64,000 bases of DNA from an uncultured Dehalococcoidia bacterium (GTDB taxonomy: Bacteria > Chloroflexota > Dehalococcoidia > Lucifugimonadales > UBA826). The notes under the pieces were generated by a model. That model saw nothing but the letters and a program-made list of their open reading frames with translations. It ran no database searches and was not told the DNA's origin. The stretch covers positions 7,037 through 71,036 of the forward strand of contig CAYPDR010000010.1 in NCBI GenBank assembly GCA_964409595.1. Direction: 5' to 3'. A program made the position numbers and the translations under genes. Positions within the stretch are counted from its first letter, which is position 1; every line of letters starts with the position of its first letter. Shown here one piece after another: positions 19,787 through 29,294 of the stretch.

Positions 19787-20824
19787 TCACACAGCAGATA
19801 AGAAATCTAGTTGATACAGGTTAATCATAAGATCGTCACATACGATTCCCGGTGACACATTGCTTCCCAGATTTTCCTCAGCGGTTCTCACAAACCCGAC
19901 TGCCTTAGCTGCTTGGTGCAAATTTAATCCCACTGAAACCTCTTCCAGTTTCTTCCGTCTTGAAATATTAAAGATTTCCTCTTGCCTACCACTCACTAAT
20001 AAGAGAACATCCCTCCACCAGATCAACAAATAGTCTAGGGCATAACCTCCAAGGCGTCTGTCTTTTTGAAACAGCCTCGCAAGTTCTTCCGAATAGGCAA
20101 ACTTGTCTTCCAGAGAACCGGTCATCGCAATTTCAATGGCGTCAATTGACGACTTCACGTCGGTAAAAAACCCGCTCTGATTTACTGCCTTGTGAGCCCA
20201 ACCTATTCGACCCCTAGCAAGTCTCACAATCTCTTCTTCGATCGATTCGCCGTCCTTAGTAATCTGTTGGATATATTCACGAACTATGCCGTCATCAACT
20301 GGTTTGAGGTTTAGCAATTGACATCGCGATACTATAGTTTCTAATAAACCCTTGTCTCGACTTGAAAGTAGAATTATGATGACGTCGTCCGGCGGTTCTT
20401 CCAAAGTCTTTAGCAACATATTGGATTGGGCCATACCCATTCGCTCCAGGGCAGCAATTATAAAAACCCTCTTTTTACCCTCATAAGGTTTTCGATGAAC
20501 CTGCTTGAGAAAATCATCCCTAAGCTGATCTACAGTCACCGTAGTAGATAACCTGCCACTCTCATCGCTGGCAGGCTCAAGGTCGTACATGAAAACGTCC
20601 GTGTGATTTCCTGATTCAATCCGACAACACTGACTACAGTGGCTACATGGACTACCATCAGAACCAACATTGAAACAATTGGCGACTCTCGCAATATCCA
20701 GGGCAACCGTAGTTTTTCCAACATTTTCAACACCTGTTATCAGGTAAGAGTGCGATGTTCGGTTAGAACGTACTCCCCTTGAAATCATGTCAATGGAACT
20801 CTCATGCCCTATGGTCAGCCACAT
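19787..20824 (-). CDS. holB: DNA polymerase III subunit delta'
   Basis: GVENVGKTT P-loop, C-x9-CxxCxxC zinc module, NMLLKTLEEPP, TIVSRC. Confidence 0.88.
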   Translation of the reverse strand: MWLTIGHESSIDMISRGVRSNRTSHSYLITGVENVGKTTVALDIARVANCFNVGSDGSPCSHCSQCCRIESGNHTDVFMYDLEPASDESGRLSTTVTVDQLRDDFLKQVHRKPYEGKKRVFIIAALERMGMAQSNMLLKTLEEPPDDVIIILLSSRDKGLLETIVSRCQLLNLKPVDDGIVREYIQQITKDGESIEEEIVRLARGRIGWAHKAVNQSGFFTDVKSSIDAIEIAMTGSLEDKFAYSEELARLFQKDRRLGGYALDYLLIWWRDVLLLVSGRQEEIFNISRRKKLEEVSVGLNLHQAAKAVGFVRTAEENLGSNVSPGIVCDDLMINLYQLDFLSAV

Positions 20825-21079
20825 AAATTTTCTGCAACTCCTCTTATAAAAACATATGACATTCTATACGACGCTCGCCAATGGCCGGACGATTGAGTTA
20901 AGTCATAAAATGAAATCTTTGCAAAACTCTTTTATTTGTCAAAATAAAAATGTGGCGCCTGCAAAAGGAGAGAAGCCTCAAACTAATATGGACTCTAGAA
21001 TCTAACAACCAGCCTACCCGGAAGGTTATACTGTAGCGAAAATGATGAATCCTGACCTCTAACCAATGGAAACGTTTCG

Positions 21080-22021
21080 ATGAATATTCAAACTGACAAG
21101 ATAGGTCGTGATCGTGGCCTGACAGCCCGAATGATTCTGACCGGATTTTTACTGGCGCTTACTTATATAGCATTATTTGGGTTGTTACTCATTACAGGAA
21201 TCCCGATTCTTTTCGTACTAATTTTTGGGGTCGGGATGGTATTTTTCCAGTATTTTTTCTCCGATAAATTAGTATTGAAAACTACTGGCGCAAAGGTAGT
21301 AAATGACCTCGAGGAGCCAAAACTTCACCAAATAATTGATCGTTTATCTAAGAAGGCTGAAATACCGAAACCTAAAAGTGTAGCCATCATGGACGTTGAG
21401 GTCCCTAACGCCTTCGCAACAGGAAGGAGTCCTAAGCATGCAACGATAGCAGTCACCAAAGGACTTTTACATAGGCTAAACGATCAGGAATTAGAAGCTG
21501 TGCTTGGACACGAACTTGCTCATGTGAAAAACAGAGATGTGGCTGTCATGACGTGGGCGAGTTTAATTGTCGTAATAGCCGGTTATTTGATGCAAATGAT
21601 GTTCTGGATGAGTTTGTTTGGAGGATTCGGAGGGGGGCATCGCAGAGAAGGTGGAGGTCAAATATGGGCAATGATAATGGTCGCCTACGTTGGAATTATA
21701 ATAATTTATTTCGTAAGTCAATTACTTACAATGGCTCTTTCAAGATACCGTGAGTATGCTGCTGATCGAGAGGGAGCAATTATTACTGGTACACCTATGC
21801 ACTTAGCAAGCGCGTTGAGGAAGATAAGTGGCCAGATAGCGAGAATACCCGAAAAGGATTTGAGGCAGGTGGAACACGCAAACGCATTTTTCATAATCCC
21901 AGCCCTGCAGGGACGTATGTCTATCGCTTCAATGATGTCCAGTCATCCTTCCACAGAGGAGCGAGTGAAAAGACTCCTGGAAATGCAGAGCCAATATTCT
22001 ATCTCGAATCCAGTCCATTAA
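21080..22021 (+). CDS. htpX: zinc metalloprotease HtpX (M48)
   Basis: PNAFATG, HELAH, SRYREYAAD, SSHP. Confidence 0.93.
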   Translation: MNIQTDKIGRDRGLTARMILTGFLLALTYIALFGLLLITGIPILFVLIFGVGMVFFQYFFSDKLVLKTTGAKVVNDLEEPKLHQIIDRLSKKAEIPKPKSVAIMDVEVPNAFATGRSPKHATIAVTKGLLHRLNDQELEAVLGHELAHVKNRDVAVMTWASLIVVIAGYLMQMMFWMSLFGGFGGGHRREGGGQIWAMIMVAYVGIIIIYFVSQLLTMALSRYREYAADREGAIITGTPMHLASALRKISGQIARIPEKDLRQVEHANAFFIIPALQGRMSIASMMSSHPSTEERVKRLLEMQSQYSISNPVH

Positions 22022-22579
22022 ATGTCATTACTAAGGTCTATTCTCCGATCCTACAAAAAAAAACCTAAAACCCCTTCTGAAATTCTTTTGCTAGTTAACA
22101 GATTCGCCAACGAATCCTCCATAGAGGCCGGCGAAGAGGCTGCTATACTTCTCAGTCCCAATACAGACCAATTCTTCAACGATTTGGACCTGTCCGCTAA
22201 AAATATCCTACGGGAAATTTCAAATAACACCCTGATGATAAGTCGCACTACTGCTGACGACCATGGAACACAATGGATCGTACTTAAATCGGAAGATTTT
22301 GGAGCGCTTGTGAAAGGCATAGACCATTTCAGTACGTCCATAGCTGATAAAGGACTCGGATCCCAGATGATTGCAGCAGTGTTCAAAGGGACTATAGAAA
22401 ACAAAGATTCATACTGGATCTGTAACTACAGGACAGCTAGCTACTACCCATTTGTCCCCATAGGCAAAAGAGAGAGGGATTTCGACAGGGAAATTATCCT
22501 ATCTGGAATCTTTAAACATCACAGGATGCCTGTAGAACCGACAGAGAATTGGTATTCGCTCTGGGACTCCCCTTTCTAA
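22022..22579 (+). CDS. PspA-associated protein B (PspAB)-like
   Basis: Abuts the htpX stop; YWICNYRTASYYPFVP...RD and WYSLWDSPF tail resemble PspAB. Confidence 0.7.
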   Translation: MSLLRSILRSYKKKPKTPSEILLLVNRFANESSIEAGEEAAILLSPNTDQFFNDLDLSAKNILREISNNTLMISRTTADDHGTQWIVLKSEDFGALVKGIDHFSTSIADKGLGSQMIAAVFKGTIENKDSYWICNYRTASYYPFVPIGKRERDFDREIILSGIFKHHRMPVEPTENWYSLWDSPF

Positions 22580-22643
22580 AGAATCTAGGTAAAATCTCAA
22601 GAATAATCCAGTAACAATTTCATCAGGCGATAGGGCGTTACAT

Positions 22644-22847
22644 TCACTCATCCGTTCCAGCTTTGTCAAATAACCTATAGAATAATAATACGGATATTGG
22701 GATCAAAAATATAATGGCGAGAATTAATACTATTATAATTAAAGAATTCCCACCGGCCAAAAGGTTGAACCACTCAAGGACCCAGTCGATCAAGTCAGGA
22801 TCAGCTGGATCAGAATGATGAGTCAAAGATGCTAGGAGAATTTTCAC
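22644..22847 (-). CDS. small single-pass membrane protein, hypothetical
   Basis: 67-aa ORF filling an intergenic gap, one long hydrophobic segment. Confidence 0.5.
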   Translation of the reverse strand: MKILLASLTHHSDPADPDLIDWVLEWFNLLAGGNSLIIIVLILAIIFLIPISVLLFYRLFDKAGTDE

Positions 22848-22977
22848 TACCCAAATATCCTCGGTATCAAATTAGTTCCGTTTTCCCAGATTATTCCAGA
22901 GAACAAAGATTTTTCCACATTGTTGATATGTTTACCATATGCTCAATCTATGTTACGGGATAGGTCATAGGTATTAC

Positions 22978-24867
22978 ATGGTTGATTTAGGCGCTTCAAA
23001 GATAAGCCTTCATTATGCAGAGATTGAAGTTTTCTCTGAAGTGACCTTGCAAGTTAACGAAGGTGCACATATTGGCATAGTAGGTCCGAACGGAAGTGGC
23101 AAAACTTCACTGATCAGAGTATTACTCGGTGATCAAGATTTTGATAATGGAGATGTTTATAGACGAGAAAACGTTAGGATAGGCTACGTCCCTCAAACAG
23201 CAATGCGTCAGGATACAGGTTCCATTAGAGAGCAAATCATGGAAGCTTTTAGCGAGATAATAGAGTTAGAGAAAGAACTCGCGAATAGTGCACTAGAAAT
23301 ACAACAAAAAGAGGGAGACGAGAGAAGGCGTGCTGAGAGAAAATATTCCAATTTGGTGGATAGATACGAGGCAAAGGGAGGATACAATTATCTCAATGCT
23401 ATGGAGCAAGTAGTAGAGGGAGTAGGACTGACTCCCCAAGTTCTGGACACGCTCATTAGAGACGCCAGCGGGGGAGAACGAACACGGGCTGCATTAGCAT
23501 CCGCTCTTCTCGGTGACCCAGATATTTTGGTTCTAGACGAACCAACGAACTATTTGGATTTCAGGGGATTAGAATGGTTGGAAAATTTCCTTTTAGGCTT
23601 TTCCAATTCGTTTATGGTTGTATCCCACGATAGGTATTTTCTGGACAAGGTGGCAAAAGAAATATGGGAAATTGATGAAGGCCGTTTGAAAACTTACCCT
23701 GGCAATTTCTCAAAATATAGAACCCTCCGACAGCAGGAAGACGAAAGGCTCGCCAAAGAATACCAAAAGCAACAAGACTATATACGTAGAGAAGAGTACT
23801 TCATAGCGCGGTATCATGCTGGGCAACGATCAAAAGAGGCTAGAGGTCGTTCCAAAAGGCTTTCCCGTATGGAACGCATAAGCGCCCCTAGTAGCAGCGC
23901 AGCTGTAAATATTTCAACCGGAACTACCAGTCGCGCCGGTCAAATAATTATCAGTACGAATAATCTGGAAGTAGGTTACCGTCTTGAAAATGGAGTCACT
24001 AAATTATGCGATGTTCCGGACAGCATAATAGAAAAAGAAACTACGACAGCAATTATTGGGAACAACGGAGCTGGCAAAACCACATTATTAAAAACTATTA
24101 TTGGAGAAATACCTCCTCTGGGCGGAAATTCAAATATCGGCCATAATGTCAATATTGGTTACTACCGACAAGGCTCCGACGAAATTCCAGACCATCTCTC
24201 AGTAATCCAGGCTCTCCTTGAGATAAAAAACATAACCATAGGAGAAGCGAGAAGCTTTCTGGCCAGATTCCTATTCAAGGGAGAAGAGATATTCAGCCAA
24301 GTTAGCTCGCTCAGTGGCGGCGAAAGGGGCAGGCTTGCATTAGCACGTCTACTAATCACTAACCCGAACGTGTTAGTTCTTGATGAACCAACCACTCATC
24401 TAGATATACCAAGCAGGGAAGCCCTTGAGTCGATGTTGATCGATTTTTCGGGAACCGTAATTTTCGTATCGCACGACAGGCATTTGATATCACTGTTAGC
24501 AGATAACATATGGGTGCTGGACAACGAACAAATTGCAACTTTTGACGGAACGTACGACGAATGGGTTTTATCTAATAATACGCAATTCACTGGTGCGAAA
24601 AAAAGTGAAACCCGTAAAATTAGCCTGCCTCCAAAAAGACATGCGAAGAGTCGACAAAATTCGGCTCGTAAAAAGGATGGCAAACGTGCTGGAGAAATAG
24701 ACTATGAAGTCTCAATTCGCGAGATCGAATCACAAATAAAAGAAACCGAGCTCGAAATCGATGAAGCGTCGAGCTCGGGGGATATAGAGTTGATAAAGGC
24801 ACTAGGAATCAGGCATGCGAATTTGAACGATAAATTAAACGAAGCCCTGAACCGGTGGATTGACTAG
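22978..24867 (+). CDS. ABC-F family ATP-binding protein
   Basis: Two ABC cassettes (GPNGSGKT/SGGE/DEPT; GNNGAGKT/SGGE/DEPT), no membrane domain, C-terminal coiled coil. Confidence 0.93.
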   Translation: MVDLGASKISLHYAEIEVFSEVTLQVNEGAHIGIVGPNGSGKTSLIRVLLGDQDFDNGDVYRRENVRIGYVPQTAMRQDTGSIREQIMEAFSEIIELEKELANSALEIQQKEGDERRRAERKYSNLVDRYEAKGGYNYLNAMEQVVEGVGLTPQVLDTLIRDASGGERTRAALASALLGDPDILVLDEPTNYLDFRGLEWLENFLLGFSNSFMVVSHDRYFLDKVAKEIWEIDEGRLKTYPGNFSKYRTLRQQEDERLAKEYQKQQDYIRREEYFIARYHAGQRSKEARGRSKRLSRMERISAPSSSAAVNISTGTTSRAGQIIISTNNLEVGYRLENGVTKLCDVPDSIIEKETTTAIIGNNGAGKTTLLKTIIGEIPPLGGNSNIGHNVNIGYYRQGSDEIPDHLSVIQALLEIKNITIGEARSFLARFLFKGEEIFSQVSSLSGGERGRLALARLLITNPNVLVLDEPTTHLDIPSREALESMLIDFSGTVIFVSHDRHLISLLADNIWVLDNEQIATFDGTYDEWVLSNNTQFTGAKKSETRKISLPPKRHAKSRQNSARKKDGKRAGEIDYEVSIREIESQIKETELEIDEASSSGDIELIKALGIRHANLNDKLNEALNRWID

Positions 24868-25479
24868 TCAGTTCCTCAAACGTGGGTTGTATTTTTCCAC
24901 AGCCTTCTCGTATTCGTGATATTCATTGAGATCAAGACATACGAGAGAATCATAGATCGGCACCCGATTCATCCTGGACCTGTGGCTGTCGAAAACTGCG
25001 CGCAGTCCATTGCTAACTTCACTCATAGATAAAAGTTCGCTCCTCAAACAGGAGGACAGAATTACAGGATGCCCTCCTCTCCCTTTAAACCTCGGAGATG
25101 TAATGGGAGATTTCTTATTACAATGGCTACGAACTAACTCCAATACAATTTTGGATGTCCGCGGCTGGTCAACCCCAAGCAGTACATAAGCATCGGATTC
25201 AGATGAAGCTGCAGATACACCCGCCTTAATTGAGGAAACTCTCCCAGCTTCGAATAAAGGATTCTCAATGATTAATACGTCCTGACCATTTAGTTCAGAC
25301 TTGATGTCTTCTGCCCGGTGCCCCGCAACCACTACAATCTCATTGCACCCACCCTCACGCAGGACCGAAACCTGATGGCTCAAAAGGGTGGTTCCCATCC
25401 AGGGAAGTAACGCTTTAAAAACGCCCATTCGACTGGAATAGCCAGCCGCAGTGATAATACCGGAAAAATGTTGGTTCAA
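24868..25479 (-). CDS. MocA-like molybdenum cofactor nucleotidyltransferase
   Basis: AAGYSSRMG..K, GVDQP, GHPV; directly downstream of xdhC. Confidence 0.85.
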   Translation of the reverse strand: MNQHFSGIITAAGYSSRMGVFKALLPWMGTTLLSHQVSVLREGGCNEIVVVAGHRAEDIKSELNGQDVLIIENPLFEAGRVSSIKAGVSAASSESDAYVLLGVDQPRTSKIVLELVRSHCNKKSPITSPRFKGRGGHPVILSSCLRSELLSMSEVSNGLRAVFDSHRSRMNRVPIYDSLVCLDLNEYHEYEKAVEKYNPRLRN

Positions 25480-25485
25480 AGACGT

Positions 25486-26643
25486 CTAAACCAATTCGAG
25501 CGGCCTGCCTGTTGCCTGACTCGATTCCTCGGCAATTTTCTCATGTATGCGTTTAATCTGCCCGTCATCGAGTTTCATCGGTAGCCCGGTACCACCGAGA
25601 CGGAACATGAGTATTTCCGACATAATACTTACGGCTATCTCTTCGGGAGTTCTAGCCTTAATATCAAGTCCTATGGGAGAACGGATTTCTCGAATTCTTT
25701 CCAATCTCAGGTTAGCTCTTACCAGATCTTCATAGATCAAGATAGTCTTTCTTTTACTGCCCATTAGCCCCACATATTTGGCACTAGTTTGTGCCGCAGC
25801 AAGAAGAGCAGTGTTATCGTAACGATGACCCCGGGTGGCAACGACAATGAACGTATTAGGATTGATCGGGAGCTTGGGAAGAGCGTCCTCCGGTTTTTCC
25901 GATATCACAATATCAGCTTCCGGAAACCGCTCGGAATTAGAAAATTCTTCCCTATCGTCAGTAATGAAGAGACGAAATTCTAGTGGCTTTGCTAAAGAAG
26001 CCAGTGCTTTTGAGACATGGCCACCTCCACAAATCACAAGTTGAGGAGGAGTAGTGTAGGCTTCAACAAAATACTCAACCCCGTTGTCTAAAACTACATA
26101 TTCATTGCGTCCATGGATCATGAGTTCATTGGCCTTTTCAACAGCATGTATATCTCTTTCACAATCTCCTAGAGTTCCATCAATGTCGCCATTTTCACGT
26201 ATGAATAACTTGTCACCAATTCGAGCTTGTCCGTCATCACCAGATCTAGTCACTGTGGCCAAAGCTACAGCCCCCTCCCCCTGGTAAGCCGCATCGATTT
26301 CCTTGGCATATGGTAGATAAGTCTCAGGAGAGTACACAGGGTCAATCAAGAAAAACATTGTGCCACCGCAGACAAGGCCATCTTCGGCAGCTAATTCTTC
26401 ATTGAGTTCATATTCTCTATATTCCGCTCCCTCTCCCCGCTGCATCAACTGCTTGGCAGCAAACCATATGTCACCTTCAACGCAACCTCCGCCTAACGTT
26501 CCTGCACCAGTTCCATCTTGTCTAACCAAAAGTTTGGCGCCAGGTTTTTGAGGAGTTGATCCTTTGGTTCTGATAACAGTGGCAACCACTACAGATTCGC
26601 CGTTCTCTAGCCTATCGACCGCTTCATGGAAAACTTCCCTCAT
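25486..26643 (-). CDS. xdhC: XdhC/CoxI family Mo-hydroxylase maturation factor
   Basis: GSTPQKPGAK, GGGCVEG, CGGGHV, TRGHRYD, PIGLDI...PEEIAVSI. Confidence 0.9.
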   Translation of the reverse strand: MREVFHEAVDRLENGESVVVATVIRTKGSTPQKPGAKLLVRQDGTGAGTLGGGCVEGDIWFAAKQLMQRGEGAEYREYELNEELAAEDGLVCGGTMFFLIDPVYSPETYLPYAKEIDAAYQGEGAVALATVTRSGDDGQARIGDKLFIRENGDIDGTLGDCERDIHAVEKANELMIHGRNEYVVLDNGVEYFVEAYTTPPQLVICGGGHVSKALASLAKPLEFRLFITDDREEFSNSERFPEADIVISEKPEDALPKLPINPNTFIVVATRGHRYDNTALLAAAQTSAKYVGLMGSKRKTILIYEDLVRANLRLERIREIRSPIGLDIKARTPEEIAVSIMSEILMFRLGGTGLPMKLDDGQIKRIHEKIAEESSQATGRPLELV

Positions 26644-26828
26644 CCCATTCACCTACCTATAGAGGATTGGATTTGACTCTCTTAAGGTTATCAATAGAAC
26701 GACCTGTCTTCAAATCGTCCTTCTTACCGCTTCCTATTTCAATACAATTCTTGGATTGACTCAGGTATTGATTAATACCTGTAGATATAAATATACTTCC
26801 GCCATGTTTTTGGTCTTCTTTATGAAAT

Positions 26829-27476
26829 ATGCCGCCTGAAAAACGCGACCTCCCACTATTTCCGCTTAACACGGTATTGTTTCCTGGAGCGACGATACCG
26901 CTACAAGTATTTGAAGAACGGTATAAGGAAATGATGAAGATATGTTTGGACTCAGACGCACGGTTCGGGGTTTCTTTAATCAAAGATGGTGAAGAAGTCG
27001 GAGGACCGGCTACACCGCACAAAATTGGCACAATTGCTCGCATCTTATCCGTGCGGGAGGCAGCTAACGGAAAACTTTACATAATCGCAATAGGAGAGAA
27101 CCGATACTCAATCGTAGACTTCGTAAACACTGATCCATATCTGACAGCATCAGTCACAATAATAGAAGATGACACCTTAGATCTCTCAGCACAAGAAGTT
27201 GGACTTGCTCAAGAGGCCGCTACTGACCACATGAAACATGCGCTAAGTATCCAAGGCTTGTGGTTAAAAAGCACATATGCTCCGTCAGACCCAGCGAAAC
27301 TATCGTATTTCTTAGCTCAAATGTTAAAGCTAGACATGACTGAGCGTCAGAAACTCCTTTCGGACAATTCATGCAAGAATCGTCTTCGATTTTGCCTCGA
27401 CTCTCTGCGAAAAGAAACTATTAAGCTAGCGACAAAGTCAGAAATCGAACTCAAACTGAAATACAGCAGACAATGA
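26829..27476 (+). CDS. stand-alone Lon N-terminal (substrate-binding) domain protein
   Basis: LPLFPLNTVLFPG...VFEERY; no AAA or protease domain. Confidence 0.88.
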   Translation: MPPEKRDLPLFPLNTVLFPGATIPLQVFEERYKEMMKICLDSDARFGVSLIKDGEEVGGPATPHKIGTIARILSVREAANGKLYIIAIGENRYSIVDFVNTDPYLTASVTIIEDDTLDLSAQEVGLAQEAATDHMKHALSIQGLWLKSTYAPSDPAKLSYFLAQMLKLDMTERQKLLSDNSCKNRLRFCLDSLRKETIKLATKSEIELKLKYSRQ

Positions 27477-27502
27477 TGTGACGGTAAGCAACCAGTAAAG
27501 AA

Positions 27503-28699
27503 CTACTTGAGATCAAGTACCCCTTCACGAGCGCAAAATTCAGCCAGTATACGGATCCCTTCCATTATGTCATCGGGTTGATTGTAGCCATAACAGAGCC
27601 GCAGGTAATCTTTCCCGCTCGTCCCGTCTGGAGAGTAATTGGTTCCCGGATGAAATCCCACATCGATTTCCTCTAACGCTTTCTGGCTCAGAGACACAGT
27701 GTCCACTCCATCCTTCAATTTCATCCAAATGTACAGCCCTCCGTCAGGATCACTCCACTGAGCCGAAGTCCCAAAATTCTCTCCAATCGCTGAGAGCATA
27801 GCGTCCCTTTTACCACGTTGTATTTCATTAATCTGTTCCACGTGACCGTCAAGGTACTTCCTTGCATATTTCTCCACAGCCATTGCCGTAAATTCGCTGA
27901 TCCTTCCGCTTTTCACTCCCATCGCTTTACTCAGTACTTGAATCGGTGCGGTCATATATCCCAGACTCATACCAGGCGCAATAATTTTAGAGAATGATCC
28001 CACATACATAACACTTTCTTGATCATCCAAGTTGTAAATCGAAGTGACGGGGTTCCCTTCGTATCGATTATCAGCGTAACAATCATCCTCTAAAATCGGG
28101 ACGCCATACTTCTGAGTGACTTCTAGTATGCTTTTCCTCCGTGCTTCTGAAATGGTGAACCCTTGAGGATTCTGAAATGTAGCAATCAAATAAACATATT
28201 TAGGTTTTTTGCCTTCTGAGATAGCTTTAACGATAACCGAATCGAGCTCTTCAGGATCCATACCTTCTTCGTCGGCTGATACCGAACGTATATCGGCGAA
28301 GTGTCGCCTTAACGTATTCAACGTCCCGCCATAAACCCATTGATCCGTGATAACCACGTCACCCGGATTAACCAGAATCTCGCTGATCATATCGATAGGC
28401 TGTCCTGAACCATTTCCTAATATGATGTCGTCTGCCGTAACCTGAATGTCTCTATCTCTGTGGAGTTTTTCAGCTACATACTCACGGAGAGGAGTATTAC
28501 CTTGTGGATGAGGATATACCGCGAGATCATCACCAGTTTCCGAAAGCGCTTCTTTTAGGCATTCAATAATTTCATCATGAGGTAATGAAATAGGATCCGG
28601 GTAGGCAACAGCAAAGTCATATTTTCCTCTCCCGACCCTTGGGCCTACAGCACCCTGCGGCGTGTTTTCTGCGAATATGCTTTGAAAGTCGAACACCAT
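27503..28699 (-). CDS. PLP-dependent class I/II aminotransferase (LysN/ARO8-like)
   Basis: FQNPQG, EDDCY, GSFSK (PLP Lys), LRLCY. Confidence 0.88.
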   Translation of the reverse strand: MVFDFQSIFAENTPQGAVGPRVGRGKYDFAVAYPDPISLPHDEIIECLKEALSETGDDLAVYPHPQGNTPLREYVAEKLHRDRDIQVTADDIILGNGSGQPIDMISEILVNPGDVVITDQWVYGGTLNTLRRHFADIRSVSADEEGMDPEELDSVIVKAISEGKKPKYVYLIATFQNPQGFTISEARRKSILEVTQKYGVPILEDDCYADNRYEGNPVTSIYNLDDQESVMYVGSFSKIIAPGMSLGYMTAPIQVLSKAMGVKSGRISEFTAMAVEKYARKYLDGHVEQINEIQRGKRDAMLSAIGENFGTSAQWSDPDGGLYIWMKLKDGVDTVSLSQKALEEIDVGFHPGTNYSPDGTSGKDYLRLCYGYNQPDDIMEGIRILAEFCAREGVLDLK

Positions 28700-28775
28700 A
28701 TGTCAAGTCGCTCCTCATTTGTGGATCAATTAAAAAAATGCGCTTCGGCGATTCTATTCTGTCACTGCGAGCGAT

Positions 28776-29102
28776 TCAACTACCCACTGAACAAATGTAC
28801 AAGGCTGTGTGCGTACGCATTAATCAGTAGCGTCGATCCCAGTCAACCTCAAGAATCACTCTTTGCCCACTTTCTGGAAATCCTCCCTTCATCTCATGAA
28901 TCAAATTTCCTTCGTACCAATAAACACTGTCGACCTTTATTTCATTTTCTCCCCCTCGTATCTTGCCAATATCACAAGGTTGGCCACCCACTCCACGGTA
29001 GAAAACTGTCCTGCCTAGTACTATCCCCCCTCCAGTAACCTGCGCCACTTTAGCGGCACAACTTCGAGAATAGCCGTCGATGTAGCAAATTATTTCGGTC
29101 AT
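28776..29102 (-). pseudogene. alaX: decayed AlaX (alanyl-tRNA editing) gene
   Basis: RTVFY..GGQPCD, DWDRRY then in-frame TGA (28824-28826), then LMRTHTALY and a second stop at 28776. Confidence 0.8.
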
Positions 29103-29173
29103 AGGTCGCCAGCCATAAATTTAACTGAATTCTGAAAGATTTCTAAGCCCAAAAGCCCGATAATCTGCCGGTG

Positions 29174-29190
29174 ATTCTAATTATTAGAAT
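29174..29190. promoter_or_regulatory. perfect 8-bp inverted repeat, possible operator upstream of uvrA
   Basis: ATTCTAAT-T-ATTAGAAT, flanked by CCGGT/ACCGG. Confidence 0.35.
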
Positions 29191-29294
29191 ATAAACCGGT
29201 CAACGGAATAAACCATCAAATCGCATAAGTTAAGTTGTCGAGCGAAGTGTTAGTATCATAGTCAGGAATCTAACTCACAAAGAGGCATTCGACG

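Noticed and set aside
28824-28826. Selenocysteine readthrough of the in-frame TGA in alaX
   Set aside because: The position corresponds to Arg, not Cys; a second stop follows and the Zn motif is degraded.
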